This document shows, piece by piece, positions 10,598 to 24,054 of a DNA stretch of 64,000 bases. Both the position numbers and the translations under genes were made by a program. Each line of letters opens with the position of its first letter. Position 1 is the first letter of the stretch. The notes under the pieces are model-generated. The model had not been told where the DNA came from, made no database searches, and saw only the letters and a list, made by a program, of their open reading frames with translations. The DNA comes from Mobula hypostoma (taxonomy: Eukaryota). The DNA is taken from the NCBI RefSeq assembly GCF_963921235.1, contig NW_026948113.1, positions 434,001 through 498,000 of the forward strand. Direction: 5' to 3'.

Positions 10598-11336
10598 CGG
10601 CCAGGAATAAATCCCAAGCTGCTCTGGATAGAAGAACCCAACTGCAGTGGGGATGGAAAATGAAGGTTCTCAATCCTCCAAACTATTGAGCAACTTGGGT
10701 ATCACCATTGAAGATGCTTGGATAGGTACACAGATAGGAAATGTTTAGAGGGATATGAGCCAAATGAGCCAAGTTAGATGGTAATCTTGGCTGACATGGA
10801 CCTGTTGGGTCCAAGTGCCTGCTTCTGTGCTGTGAGGATGTAGCAACAACTCTTGACACTGACTAATTGAGGGCTTGTCCAAAATTGAGAGAGCATAGAC
10901 TTAGTACTATCCGGACCTGAACACCATTGTGGATATATCCACACCTTGAGTACTGCACCAGGTCAAAAAGACAGCTCACAGCCACCTTCTCAAGGACATC
11001 TTGGGTTGGGGAATTAAACAGTGGTTCATTTTGTGAATCCATGTCCATGAGTGAATGAAGCAAATAAAATATTTTTTAAATGAAGCCTTATTTACCACAT
11101 ATGTAACACTACTGTAGCACCTGTCTTACTGTGTGCGACTAGTCGCTGCACTCTTTGAGAAAATCAAATTACATAGTACTACACTGGGTGCTAGTAGGCC
11201 ATCAGAAGCTTCTAGGTATCGGAAGGAGGCAGTGAATAGAAACCACATACTTCTGGAGATAAGTTCTGTTTATAAGAAAACAACAATATGTACAAACTAT
11301 TTACATGAGCAAGAACAATTCAAAATTCCAACATTC

Positions 11337-12307
11337 TGTTCAGGTTCTTGATCTTAGATATCAAATCAAAACAAATTCCTTTTTAATTAGAATCAGTGAG
11401 ATTCCTTTATTACTCTAATTTCTCTAACTAATTAGATCTAGTGTAGTTCCCTATTTAAAAGTTTACAGACAACATTTTCCTTTTTACTTATCCCTAGTTA
11501 GTTAGAAAACCAAATATAATTCCTATTCTTAAGCATTATAATTAACTTCAGTTTCATTTCCAGTGTATCTACAAAAATTATATATACACAGTTTAACCCC
11601 TTTCATAATTCTGCAACTTCACAACTTTTAAACAAAGTAAATCTCATTCAGTGACTTATCAAAGTCTTTGCAAAGTAATCAGTTCTTTCAGAAAATCTAA
11701 TTCGGATTCTTTGAATGAAAATGAACTTACACATCCAACCATATTAAATCCTTTGCGTCATTACACATTTCGTTCCTGTGCTGGCTCATTGAATCTTGAG
11801 TAGCTCGCCGAATCTTGAGTAGTTCACCATCTTCTTTTTTGGCTCATTGCAATGATATAGTTTATCATCCACGGCAAGTCAATTCACAAACTTGCACAAA
11901 AACTTGACCAAATCCCTTGGTATGATTTTATAAAACTAATGTCCAGTTACACGGTAGAGATTTTGGACACTCGTCTCTGCTGATATTGTCCCGTTTTTGC
12001 TGCTGCATGTTACAGCCATAGCTTCAATAAATCTTTGATCACTGTTGTCTCTTCTCCAGGGGTTTCACCCTGAGATTTTCAAGTTACCAGGGTAAAGCTA
12101 CGCACTAATAATTCCACTCTTAACAGTTAGTGTCTTCAGCTTCTAATCGTTTCTGCGTTTCTCTCACTGCCCGTGCCTGCGTCAGCCACACCTTGTTCTC
12201 GCACAGCATTTTTTTTTTCAAGTTCTCTTTGGTAAACTTCATTTTCATCCCTCTGCAGGTGGAACTTTCTAACATTACGTCTTTGGGTTTAATTAACCTG
12301 GGTTACA
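11337..12307. mobile_element. LTR-like element (TG...CA)
   Basis: Starts TGTTCA, ends GTTACA. Flanks CATTC / CATAC, a possible 5-bp TSD with 1 mismatch. Confidence 0.4.
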
Positions 12308-12324
12308 CATACACTTTCAAACAT

Positions 12325-13140
12325 AGGAAAATATGGCGCCTAACGTGACTCCTTTGTTTGCATCTTCGGAAACAGCTCTACAGTATTTCTATCTTTAATA
12401 TCTCTATTTTTCCCTTTCAGGGTCCTTTTGAAGACCCTGACCTGGAGTTACATGCTGACTATGGTTCTTTGCGGGAGAGGGACCCACTCTCGGGTTTCAC
12501 AACTGGCCGCGGTTCGGCACACCAAGGGCTCCAGCCTAAGATTTCAGCTTGTCTTTAGAGGCCTAAGATCTCGGGGCTCTGGACAGCGGCGGATCGAAAG
12601 TCGGTGACACGGCAGGAGATCCGTGTGTCGTCAGGAGAGCCGGAAGATCTACGGCTGTGTGCCCAGAGACCTGAGATCTTTGGGCATAGAGCTCGTAAAA
12701 AAGAAACGCAAAGGACTTTTAACGTCGTAAACTAGCGAGTTGTTTGTTCTATCTCCCCTCTCGCCGTGAAACAGAGACATCTCTTTCTCCCTTATTAGGG
12801 AGAGAGAGAGAGCCTGTAGTATGTCAAATGCTGGGTGAACAAAGTAGTCTTTGGAGTACTGCACTGCAAGTCTTTGTCTTTACTGTTGTCTTGTTCACGC
12901 TCGAGTGCACGGTGGTGGATGCAGATGTTTTTTTTTGCCGGTGGGGGAAAGGGGGGATTGTTGCTTGCTGCCGCTGATGTGCTGGAAGGATGGGAGCTGA
13001 GGGGGACTTTGGGGTTCTGACATTTAACTGTTGTTCATTCTTTGAGGCACTCCTCTGTTTTTGTGGGTAGGTGCAAAGAAAAAGCATTTCAGGATGTATA
13101 TTGTAATATTTCTCTGACATTAAATGTCCTTTTGAACCTT
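12325..13140. repeat. Interspersed repeat of unresolved class, CpG-retaining
   Basis: Abrupt change to CpG-rich sequence beginning AAAATATGGCGCC, with no coding signal. Class not determinable here. Confidence 0.35.
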
Positions 13141-14514
13141 TGAATGCAGTTTGCATCAAATTAAAACAGCTGTTGAGCATCAGGTAAGTGTTTCTGCATT
13201 TCTAGTGTCCACATAGCATGGCCACAACTCACTAATCCTAAATTGTACATCTTTGGACGGTGGGGACAAAGCACAGCATCCGGAGGAAAGTAACAAGATT
13301 ACGGGAAGAACATACAAGCTCCTTACTGACAGCAGTGGAAGCTGACCCCCGATCTCACAGTTTTGCCAACTGCTACACCAACCATCTTGAATTGGTGTCC
13401 CAGCTGTGGTTTTGTGGGTCACACGCTCACCTCCCACACTAAAGATCATCACATTTCTGCCCCACCTAATACTTTTGCCTTTGAGGGAAAACTGCATTGG
13501 GTGAGGTGTTAGGTTAGGTGGAGCCCCTGTCTGACTCTGCAGGTAAACCATGGCTCTAATTAGAGAGTTACCTCCCCCACACAACATTCATAGAAGCTCT
13601 CAACCAATGTCACCGAAAGCCAAACAGGACATCACAAAACACTTCAAAGGATCTTGATGTTTACAGATTAGCAGCTGCTTTTCCTCTGTTAATGATCACG
13701 TTCAGGGAAAACACCATAGATTTGGTCAAGATGTTGTCACAATTGAGCAAGAATCATTTTTGACAAATGAGGGTAAAGTTCTTAGCATTGCATAGCCAGA
13801 CCGCACAAAGACAGGCCATTTGGTCCATTATATGCATGCGGACCAATGAGGAGGGCGAGGTCTTTGGGTCGAACAAGATCTATTTCCTTGGTGACGTGTA
13901 ACAGACTGTCTTAATGGGGCAGTTAAGATCAGATTAATTGTTCTCGTGTGATGTCTGTGTTAAGGTGATGCGGCTGTCATCTTTGGGCATCTGAGGGGCT
14001 GGGAAGGTTTGCGTACGCTCGCAACTCATCCACCAAGCTAATTAAGCTGATTGGGGTTGGAACGATGGACTAAGCCCACTGTTGGGAGTTTTCTCTCAGG
14101 CAGGAAGGGGGTAGAGATGGCAAGAAGCGATGGGGATCTCAGAGGTAGCGACTGGAGGAGGGCAAATGGCAGATTTCTGGGAAACGGAAAAATAAATAGC
14201 TTATTGAAGATTGTAGAGGCTTATCCTCCAGTGATGAAGGCAGCAGATAGGATTTAAATAAAAGAAAGAAGGAAGAGTTTAAGGTTTTGCTGAGTTTTGA
14301 ATGTGGGTCTGCTTCCAATATAAATCAATCATAGTAACTAAGGATTTGTAGCAACTGTGGAGGAAAACGTAGCTCTGATTATCCAGGATGTCCTGCATAA
14401 TGTTGTGGAAGTGGCAGCATTTTCAGGTGGAAATAGGTATATCATATGCAGAGGCTCTGCAGAAAATATAGAAGACAGTATCAATGGGATCTATTAATAT
14501 CCAGAATGCAGATA

Positions 14515-15132
14515 CAAGGGGTGATTGACAAGTTCATGGCCTAAGGTAGAAGGAGTCAATTTTAGAAAACCTAGCTCATTTATTTTTCAACAGAGTCCCC
14601 TTCTACATGTGCACACTTAGTCCAGAGGTCATGGAACATACGGATCCCTTCTTTGTAGAAGTGGTCCACAGCAGGGGTGATTGATAACTTTGTGGCCTAA
14701 GGGAGAAGGAGAGGATTTATTAACTTCAAACTTTCTGCATTATCACTCAAAGAGTTGAACTACACGTGCATGTAACGAGAGCGTCTTGGACCTCCAGGTG
14801 GTCCACAGCAGGGGTGATTGTTAAGTTTGTGGCCTTAGGTCAAAGGAGATGGGTTATACAGCTCTTGTTACATGCACATGCAGTTCAACCCTTTGAGTGA
14901 AAATGCAGAAAGTTTGAAGTTAATAATATCTCCTTCTACCTGAGGCCATGAACTTATCAATAACCCCTGCCGTGGACCACTTTCTGGAGGTCCAACAGAC
15001 TTCTACACTGAAGGGATCCGTATGTTCCACAACCGTTGGACTAAGTGTGTAAACGTAGGAAAAATAAATGTGCTAGGTTTTCTAAAATTGACTCCTGCAA
15101 CCTGAGGCCACAAACTTATCAATCACCTCTTG
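14515..15132. mobile_element. Tc1/mariner-derived fold-back MITE
   Basis: TIRs CAAGGGGTGATTGACAAGTTCATGGCC ... GGCCACAAACTTATCAATCACCTCTTG, TA TSD at 14513-14514 and 15133-15134, inverted arms of about 270 bp. Confidence 0.85.
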
Positions 15133-15329
15133 TAGTTTAATGGCATTGTGTAAAGTTTATAATTATATAACAAAGGATTCTCTGATTGTTGATAAACTTT
15201 CATGGCAGATGTGGTAAATTGTACAGCACAAACTGAAATAGGACAAATATTAAAATTATGTGAAAAGCAGAAGAAAAACATTGACATTAAATACTAGAAG
15301 CTATTAATGATGTCTTTCAAGGAGTAAAA

Positions 15330-17290
15330 ATGCTCACATTTCAAAGGAGAGTTGTTAATGGCTTTTTAATCTTACAATGGAATTCTAGAAGCCTGTTAGC
15401 TAGTGGTCAAGAGGTTAAGAAATTTATTGCAGATTTCCCAAATAAACCTGATGTCATGTGTATAGGAAACCTGGTTGAAATCCTGTCAGTTTCAAAATAC
15501 AAAGTTATGTTAACATAAGCCATAATTGGAAAATGGGCAATGGAGGAGTGGCTACATTTGCCAAAACTGGGATAGCATATACAGTAGACTTTTGGAGTTT
15601 GGGGTTGTTTATGAGTCAATTGTGGTTGAAATTTAGGGAAGCTGAGATACCTCAACGTGTGTAGCAGGATATTGGAGATCTTTTACCAGTCTGTTGTAGC
15701 AAGTCTTCTTTGCTGCTTTTTATTGGGGGAGCAGCATTGGAGCTGGTGATGCAAAAAGACTAAATATACTCATCAAAAAGGCTGGATCCGTCCTTGGCTA
15801 CAAACTCTTTTGAGCAAATGGTGGAGGAGGTCACGAAACAAACTGTTATCCATTATGGACAATCTGGCACATCCTCTCCATTACCTACGGAATAAGTAGC
15901 GGAGCACCTTTTTGAATAGACTCATTCAGCTCTGCTGTCATAAGGATTGTTACAGAAAATCTTTCCCACCAAATGCAATATGCATATACAACAATTCATC
16001 TCATTGCAACAGAACACGCATCCTAGTACATTCGTCCCTGCTTTATTATTTCATACATTATTATTGCATTTTATTGAACATTGGTATGTTATTATGCTGT
16101 ACATTATTGTTAGTTAGTCTGCACACTGCTGTGTGTTTTTAAATGCTGCTACTGTAATGAAAGATTTCCCCTCTTGGAATCAATAAAGTACTTATTATTA
16201 TATAGACCTACTTTGCTAATTTCACATGTATGTAAGGTAATGGAACAAATAGTTATCACAAGGCTTCCTATAGGCTGTATACACATCTGGATTTTGTAGA
16301 AAGAGTGATGATGGACTTGATATTAAGTTTGGAATTTGATATTCTTAAGGCTCAAGTTAATAAAGAACCAGTGGTGGCAGTTTTCTTTGATTTAGAGAGA
16401 GCTTATTTGTTATAGACACAAGGGTTGCTACTTAAACTGGAAAAGATGGGAATAAGTGGTAGATGTTTTAAATGATAGAGAGATACAAGTTAGGGTAGAA
16501 ACACCATTCTTTAAGGAGTATGAAATAGAGAATGGGACCCCACTCCTTTTATTATGATTAATGTTATCTTCTTAATTGTTGGCTTAGATATTTCCAGATC
16601 ATTATATGCTGATGAAGGAATGCTGCAGCGTGGAAGAGAGGCAAGGACATAAGTTATATAGTTAGGAAAATGCAGGCAGCTATTAATGAAGTAGAAAAAC
16701 TGGTGATGTCAGTGTGTGGTTAAATTTTCTCTTGCACAGTCTAAATTTTGTTTGTCTGAAAGGAACATTACACCCACACATGATCTCAAGCTTTATATTA
16801 CATCACTTAAACAAGAGATACTGGTGAAGCTTTATGTTTGTAGATGGATATAAGGCTAATATGCTGCGTTCACCTGCTGCGTTCACCAGCAACTTTGATG
16901 TGTGTAACATGGATAGTGCATGTGAATAAAATTCCAGAGAAATGTCGTTAACGTGCTCAGTTGCTTAGTTGGGTGTGAGTAGGAGGTCACTTAAGTAAAT
17001 GTATATTGCTTTAATTTGTATTTGATTATGGATGTGTTGCCTCACCAGTGGTCTTAAAGACCCTAGATAGAGCTCAATCTCAAGCATTCAGATTATGTTG
17101 TGGTACTATTAAATCTCCCAAATTCTACTATTACTGGGAGAAATGGGTGAAGTACCTTTTTAGTTGGGATAAGGGAATAAAACAACGGCTTTTATATAAA
17201 ATTCAGAGGATGGTGGGAACTCAACTAGGAGGTAGATATAAAAGGAGAGAAGTCTTATACACTTACATATTGGACATACTAAGTTGATTA
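15330..17290 (+). mobile_element. Decayed LINE (I/Nimb-like), EN and RT remnants, interrupted by other repeats
   Basis: 'VNGFLILQWNSRSLLA.GQE.KKF...KPDV' (EN start) and 'VAVFLDLERAY', 'YADEG', 'LDRAQSQAFRLCCG' remnants. Confidence 0.65.
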
Positions 17291-17536
17291 ATGTGCATGA
17301 TGTTGGCATCTGCAGTGAGTGTATTTGTCAAGAAACAGTGCAGCATATATTGTTTGAATGCAGTTCCTAAGAGGTGGAAAGGAAACTTCTCATTGCTAAA
17401 TTGCGATCTTTGGCACACAGGTAAACATGGAAAGTTTGTTAGGATACCACTGCCGTCTAATGTGTTTAAGTGAGCATTGACGTTCATTGTGATGAGCATC
17501 AGACTTTTTGATATTACTTGAGATTTTCTTGGTGAT

Positions 17537-17537
<1 letters not shown>

Positions 17538-17567
<30 letters not shown>
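17538..17567. repeat. (GT)15 microsatellite
   Basis: Direct read. Confidence 0.95.
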
Positions 17568-17568
<1 letters not shown>

Positions 17569-17639
17569 GGGGTGGGGGGCGGGGTGTGATTTCGTGAATA
17601 TAATTCCTGTCTCTTCACTCCACACCCCAACTCAGTAGG

Positions 17640-19200
17640 TGGCGGTAATGCACCTTATGTTGGCCTGCCTACTGCCGTTAAACTTCACAGGGGAAAAAGA
17701 TCTTTTGGAACCCGCGACAGATCTCAAACGCCAGTTGAACATTTTCAGTGATAATTTTATCCCGAACTTAGAGACTCCAGAAATTCCCCAGCATCTTGGA
17801 TTTCCTCTCTAGGACACATGAATGCGATGCACCAGTTCTCCAGTCTAATGGGGGCACGTCTGGGATCTCTGGAAGATTAGGGGTGAGTTTCCAAAGCGCA
17901 ACTCCAGACCTTTAAAACCATCACGCACCCTCGCCTTACCTGCCTGGCTTCCCGCAACAGAGCAGAGAGACAATATGGTGAAAAGGAGCGATCCCGGTCC
18001 GTTCCAACTCTCCATTGCGGTGTCTCCTTACCTCGACAAATCTACTCGTTGGTCAATAAACTGCTGAGGGCGCAGATAAGATTCACGGAGGCAGTTCGGG
18101 AATAAATAGTGCCTGCTACAAGGAGCAGCCAGTAAGAACTCCTGGAACTAAAAATCTTCCTGCAGAAATAACCAGCCCGCCGCTGCTCTGGAGTGTGGAG
18201 GGTGGGAGGCGGGGCGGTAGACAGCCGGCCAGGCACAGGATGTGCAGTGGAGGGTGCGGAGCCGAACCACTTCCAGTAAGGATGTGGGCACATGCAGACC
18301 GCGACAGAGAGGCGCAGGCAGCAACACCCAGTCACTGACACATCTCCGGGCAGGTTTCCAGGACCCTCCCAGGAGATGTTCACCACATACCGGCTCCGGC
18401 CGCTGTATAAAACAGGGGTTCCCAATCTTTTTTAATTCCATCGACCAATATAATTAAGCAAGGGGGCCATGGACCCCAGGCTGGGAATCCCCGCTGTAAA
18501 ACAAAACTGATGCAAGAACTCAGCGGGTCAGGCAGCATCTATGGAGGGAAATGCACAGACGACGTTTTGGGTCAAAGTACTTCATCTAGACTGGAAGGGT
18601 AAAGGGCAGGTAGCCGGCTATGTGAAGGGCTGAGAGTAGAGATAAGATTCCAAAACGTCAACTGACCACTTCCCTCCACACGAGATCCCCCAGAATTTTG
18701 GTTTCTGCTCTAAATTAAAGCGACTACTTATTCACGTGTCTCTGTGCACTCGATTCTCCGGATCTCGTCTCTTGCGCCCTCGCTCCTGGACAACTAGGAT
18801 TACACTTTTGTACAATACACTGCCAGACGCCAGTGCGGACTTCCTTGCAAACTCATTGCTCCCCAAGCTGCACCTATCCCTCTCCCAACCCCCACTTCCT
18901 CACTTGCTTACACCCCACCCTGTCCCTTTCCTACGTGCGCGTTCTTCATTCGTGCACGCGCTCCCGTCCCGCCCAAGCGCTCTCTAACCCCGCACGCTTT
19001 CCCCAACCCTTCCCCACCCCGTACGCTCTCCCACGTTCCTTCATGCATCCCTTCTCTCCCTCATACCCTGTCGACTACACTATGTGCCCTCTCCTCCCTC
19101 TTGAGTTCCCCCACTCAGTTGGAGTCTGCGTGCGGTTCCACACTACAAGAAGGATGTGCGAAGAGTATAGAGGATGGAGAAGAGATGCATCCGAGAACGT
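17640..19200. promoter_or_regulatory. CpG-island, promoter-like region
   Basis: CpG visibly retained against a depleted background. GC boxes GGGAGGCGGGGCGG at 18204-18217, an ETS core near 18268-18274, and a minus-strand donor GAG/GTAAGG at 18031. Confidence 0.55.
18413..18493. mobile_element. Small hAT-like MITE
   Basis: Imperfect TIRs CAGGGGTTCCCAATCT / AGGCTGGGAATCCCCG. TSD only partially matched. Confidence 0.55.
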
Positions 19201-21204
19201 TTGATTTATGAGAAGAGGCTGGAGAGGCTGGGTTTGTTCTCCCCGGGACAGAGGCTGTTTAGAGGGGTCCTGAAATTACATTGAGTATAGATCGAGTACA
19301 AGACTCTACTCCTTGTGTCACAGGTATTTATAGAGGTAATCGACTTGGGTGATAGGGGACAGATTCAGATGAAAACCTTTTCATCCAGAGAGCGGTGAGT
19401 ATCTGGAACATATTGCCAGTTAGTTGTGGAAGCAGAATCATTGAAGTTGTGTCTGGACAAACACTTGAATCTCCCAGCTGTAGAAGACAAAGGAACAATT
19501 TGTTGGAAGATTAGTTTAATAAGGAAGGGTACTTACTGGTTGACATGGACATGGTGGACTGAATGGCCTGTTTCATGCTGTATGGCCATGACTTTCCCTC
19601 CCTGTGCTCTGCACTCTCCAGTGGGTTCTCCCTTCACCATCCTTCGGGTGTTCTTCCTCCTATTGCAGTCCCTTTCCCACAACCCACCCTGCCACATTCT
19701 TCCCCCTTCCCCAGTGTGCCATACTTTCCAGGTTTCAACCACGACTGATATCCTGTCCTAAATTGGTAGAAGTTTGATCAGAATAATATAAGTGGGGATG
19801 TCACAATAGTAGATTGGCAGAAATTCTTGCAAGTTAAATGATACCTGACAAGTGAGGATACAGAGTACAAGAGAGATACAGAGAAAGGCAAGGACGAAAA
19901 CTCCAGGGAACAGGGGATATTAAACAACACACAGAAATTGCTGGTGAACGCAGCAGGCCAGGCAGCATCTATAGGAAGAGGTACAGTCGACGTTGCGGGC
20001 TGAGACCCTTCGTCAGGACTAACAGAAAGAAGAGATAGTAAGAGATTTGAAAGTGGGAGGGGGAGGGGCAGATCCAAAATGATAGGAGAGGACAGGAGGG
20101 GGAGGGATGGAGCCAAGACCTGGAAAGTTGATTGGCAAAAGGCATATGAGAGGATCATGGGACAGGAGGCCCAGGGAGAAAGAAGGGGGGAGGAGGGAAG
20201 ACCAGAGGATGGGCAAGGGGTAAAGTGAGAGGGACAGAGGGAGAAAAAGGAGAGGGAGATAAAAAAATATATATCAATGTTCATGCCGTCAGGTTGGAGG
20301 CTATCCAGACGGAATATAAGGTGTTGTTCCTCCAACCTGAGTGTGGCTTCGTCTTGACAGAGGAGGAGGCCGTGGATAGACATATCAGAATGGGAATGGG
20401 ACGTGGAAGTAAAATGTCTGGCCACTGGGAGATCCTGCTTTCTCTGGCAGACAGAGCGTAGGTGTTCAGCGAAATGGTCTCCCAGTCTGCGTCGGGTCTC
20501 GCCAATATATAGAAGGCCGCATCGGGAACACCGGACGCAGTACATCACCCCAGCCGACTCACAGAAGAAGTATCGCCTCACCTGGAAGGACTGTCTAGGG
20601 CCCTGAATGGTGGTAAGGGAGGAAGTGTAAGGGCATGTGTAGCACTTATTCCGCTTACAAGGATAAGTGCCAGGAGGGAGATCGGTGGGAAGGGATGGGG
20701 GAGACGACTGGACAAGGGAGTCTCGTAGGGAGCCATCCCTGCGGAAAGCGGTGGGGGGGGGCGGGGTGGGAGGGAAAGGTGTGCTTAGTGGTGGGATCCC
20801 GTTGGAGGTGGCGCAAGCTACGGGGAATAATATGTTGGACGCGGAGGCTGGTGGGGTGGTAGGTGAGGACCAGGGGAACCCTATTCCTAGTGGGGTGGCG
20901 GGAGGATGAAGTGAGAGCACATGTGCCTGAAGGGGGAGAGATGAGTTTGAGAGCAGAGTTGATGGTGGAGGAAAGGAAGCCCCTTTCTTTAAAAAAAGGA
21001 GGATATCGCCTTCGTCCTGGAATGAAAATCTTCATCCTGAGAGCAGATGCGGCGGAGACGGAGGAATTGCGAGAAGGGGATGGCATTTTTGACTCCGCCT
21101 TCTGCCTGTGGACATGTAAGTAGTGTCTTTCTGTCTGCCTTTAATTTCTCCCTTTCCCGACTTAAACTTTGAAGTTTTAACTTTATTCAGTCGGATCTTT
21201 CAGA

Positions 21205-21935
21205 GTGTTAATTATAGCTATGGCTACCTTGAGAAGCACTAAAAAATTCCCGATACAGGTAACGGTAAATCTTAAAAAAACTGACGAAGCTTCTGAAGAG
21301 CCAGGCTGGGTTAATAGATTAGAGAGTCGAATGAGCTCTATCGTCGCTGAATTAACTCAACTAAAAGAAAGTCTTCTTCCTTCGGAGGGAAAAATTGTCT
21401 CTTTGAGCTCGGATCTTAAAGAAGTAACCCGTAATGTGGCTGATATTTGGAAGCTCGTTCTCGTCGTTATAACATTGGAATTATTGGATTGAAAGAGAGT
21501 TCAGAATCTGCCGACACACTGGACTATTTCGCTAAAATGTTTCAATCTCTATTTCCTGAGGCATTTTCACAATTGCCCGACATACAGGTAGCCCGCAGAG
21601 TTGAGTTCCGAGGGAAGGTAAAGACAGACATGTTATTGTGTGTTTCCTCCGTATTCGAGACAAAGACCGTATTATTAAACTGGCAAGAAAACAAAGACTG
21701 TTTAAATTTCAAAGCTCTCTAATTCGTTTCTTTTAAGATTTTCCACGCGAAGTTGTTCAACAACCTTCTGGATTCGCGACCGTAATGCGAATGGCCTTTC
21801 AAAACCAGATGCATCCCTCCTTCTTTATCCAGCTAAATTAAGGCTTTTCGCTAAAGACTCCGGGGTTTGTATCTTTGAAGACCCAGCCGATGCACTGCGT
21901 TTTATTAATTCTCTCTCGGATGAGTCCGAAGCATG
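21205..21935 (+). pseudogene. L1 ORF1 (frameshifted)
   Basis: Coiled-coil followed by an 'LEARSRR.NI.I.GL.E' motif, spread over ORFs 21205..21492 and 21447..21722. Confidence 0.75.
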
Positions 21936-22756
21936 AAGTTTAAAAGACTTCAATTATTCGATCGTTTTGCGATATAAGGAATGATGAGATTGGAAGAACT
22001 GAGAAGTACAGAAACTCTTGGCATTAAAAAGTACCTTTATCTTTGAAATAGACTGGTTTGGACGGTTTTAACTTTGGAAGATATTTTATGGGATCTAATG
22101 AAAGACTGTAGAAATTTTAAACCATTTAGAATTTCTTTCTGTTTGCTATATATATGATTTAATTGTTTCTTTTTGCTTTGTATGGTTTTGTTAAGAACTT
22201 CGTTTTTTTACGTTTTATAGTTAGATGTAACAATTTAAAGATGGAGATGTTTTCCCTTCTGTGCAAATATTTCAAGAAATTGTTTTGGAAGTGCTTTTTT
22301 TTCTTATCCAACGTTATGAAGGTTACTTTCCAAATTGAAGGCCGTTTCTGTTAAACGTTTTTCCTAATTTAATTAAAATGGATTGTATGTCGACTGTAAT
22401 GAGTCGTATTTCCGTGAGAGGGAGACATTACTTTTTTTTGTACCGTTTACTTAGGCAGGTGGAGTTCAAAATCGTTTCTATGCATTTCTTGGGGCTTGTG
22501 TCGATTAATATCGACTTATTTCTGGGCTTTGTAGGTTGGGTGGGTTTTTTCTTTTTTAATTTCTATTTTTTATTCCCATTATGGAATTCCGGAGCTTATA
22601 CAATTTATTTTCATTGTCGTTTATCACCGCCATTTAAAATTTCTTTGTCTTGACATGTGTTTAACTGTTTTCTTTAGATATAAAGTTTTATGATGTTAGT
22701 TAAACAGTTAAATGTTTTAAGTTGGAATGTCCGTGGTTGGAATCACCCTTAAGCGT

Positions 22757-24054
22757 TGTTACATGCCTTAAGGAGATGTGTGATTTTTTTTTGTGAGGAT
22801 GATGTAATGGTCTTTTGGAGGTCACCTGATGTAATTTTCCCGCCGATGTGAGGTCACGTGATGACATGTGTACCATGGGTATATAAGGGTAGACCCCAGA
22901 TGACACAGTTAGTTTTTTCACACAATCACAAGACAAAGGAGCAGAAGTAGGCCATTCGGCCCATCGAGTCTGCTCCGCAGCTCCCCCATGAGCTAAACTA
23001 TTCACCCATCTAGTTCCAATTTCCCGCTTTCTCACCATATCCCTTGATACCCTGACTAATTAGATACCTGTCAATCTCCTCCTTAAACACCATCAATGAT
23101 CGGGCCTCCAGGACCATATGCGGCAACGAATTCCACAAATCCACGACCCTCTGGCTCAAAAAATTTCTCCTCATCTCTGTTTTAACTGGGTACCCTCTAA
23201 GTCTAAGATTATGGCCTCTTGTCCTGGACTCATCCACCAAGGGAAACAACCTTTCCACATCTACTCTGTCCAACCCTTTCAACATTCAAAACGTTTCTAT
23301 GAGATCCCCTCTCATTCTTCTATACTTTTTTAGTTTGTAGATTTCCAGGTAGAACGTGCTGTGTCTCTGTTTCTGTTACGTGTTTGTTTTTGTGACGCAG
23401 TTTCATTTTTGAAACGGTTGTGCATTCTGTTGTAAGATACAATATTATTGGACTGGAAATTTTTGGCTAGATGTGCTGATTTACCCTATTCCAGCAGTAG
23501 AAGGGAGATTGAAGACTTTATCGAGGCACAGGACCGAAGGATCAAGAGGAGTTGGCATCATTCGGCAGTTTAATAAAGGATCGACCTTATTGAGTCTTTG
23601 TTGAAGGAGTAGCGACCTGCATCGAGATAACTCTTGCCAAAAGAGCAAAGAGTTCATACAAAGGTTTGCACTCTCTAAAAGAATTTAAGGTCAGTTGTTT
23701 TAAACTGTTTATTTACTGCATCGTGAATCCTTTCGACAGAACCAGCAGGAAAGTCGCGTCTGTGAAGAAATCCTTCTCCAGAGAAGTCTCTCCCAATTGA
23801 ACGTATAAACCTGTTACACTTTCGAATTTACCATTTTAAGAACTATATCGACTTTATCGCTTTAAGAACTGTTTTCACATCTAACGCTTTAAGAACCAGT
23901 GCCGAGTGACGATTTGTTGAACGGCTGCATAACGGTTAACTTCTGGTTAAAGTTTTTGTTTATTTTTTTTATCATTTATCCGTGTTTAATAAATGATTGG
24001 TTGTTTTTATATAACCTGTCTCGATTGATATTCATTGTTGTCAGTTACGTAACA
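22757..24054. mobile_element. Solo LTR inserted in the L1 endonuclease domain
   Basis: Termini TGTTAC...GTAACA, 4-bp TSD GCGT at 22753-22756 and 24055-24058. The L1 EN sequence rejoins across it. Confidence 0.85.
22919..23325 (-). mobile_element. 5'-truncated CR1 inserted in the solo LTR
   Basis: ORF 23010..23285 'LKGLDRVDVERLFPLV.ESRTRGHNLRLRG'. Inserted in a T6 run. Confidence 0.85.

Noticed and set aside
12333-12350. TGGCGCCTAACGTG resembling a tRNA-Lys primer-binding site after a TG...CA element
   Set aside because: It is about 25 nt from the putative LTR end, the match is imperfect, and no gag or pol follows.
19778-20920. 380-aa ORF as a novel gene
   Set aside because: It is a chance read-through across PLE frames, with GIY-YIG in the middle and noncoding terminal sequence after it.
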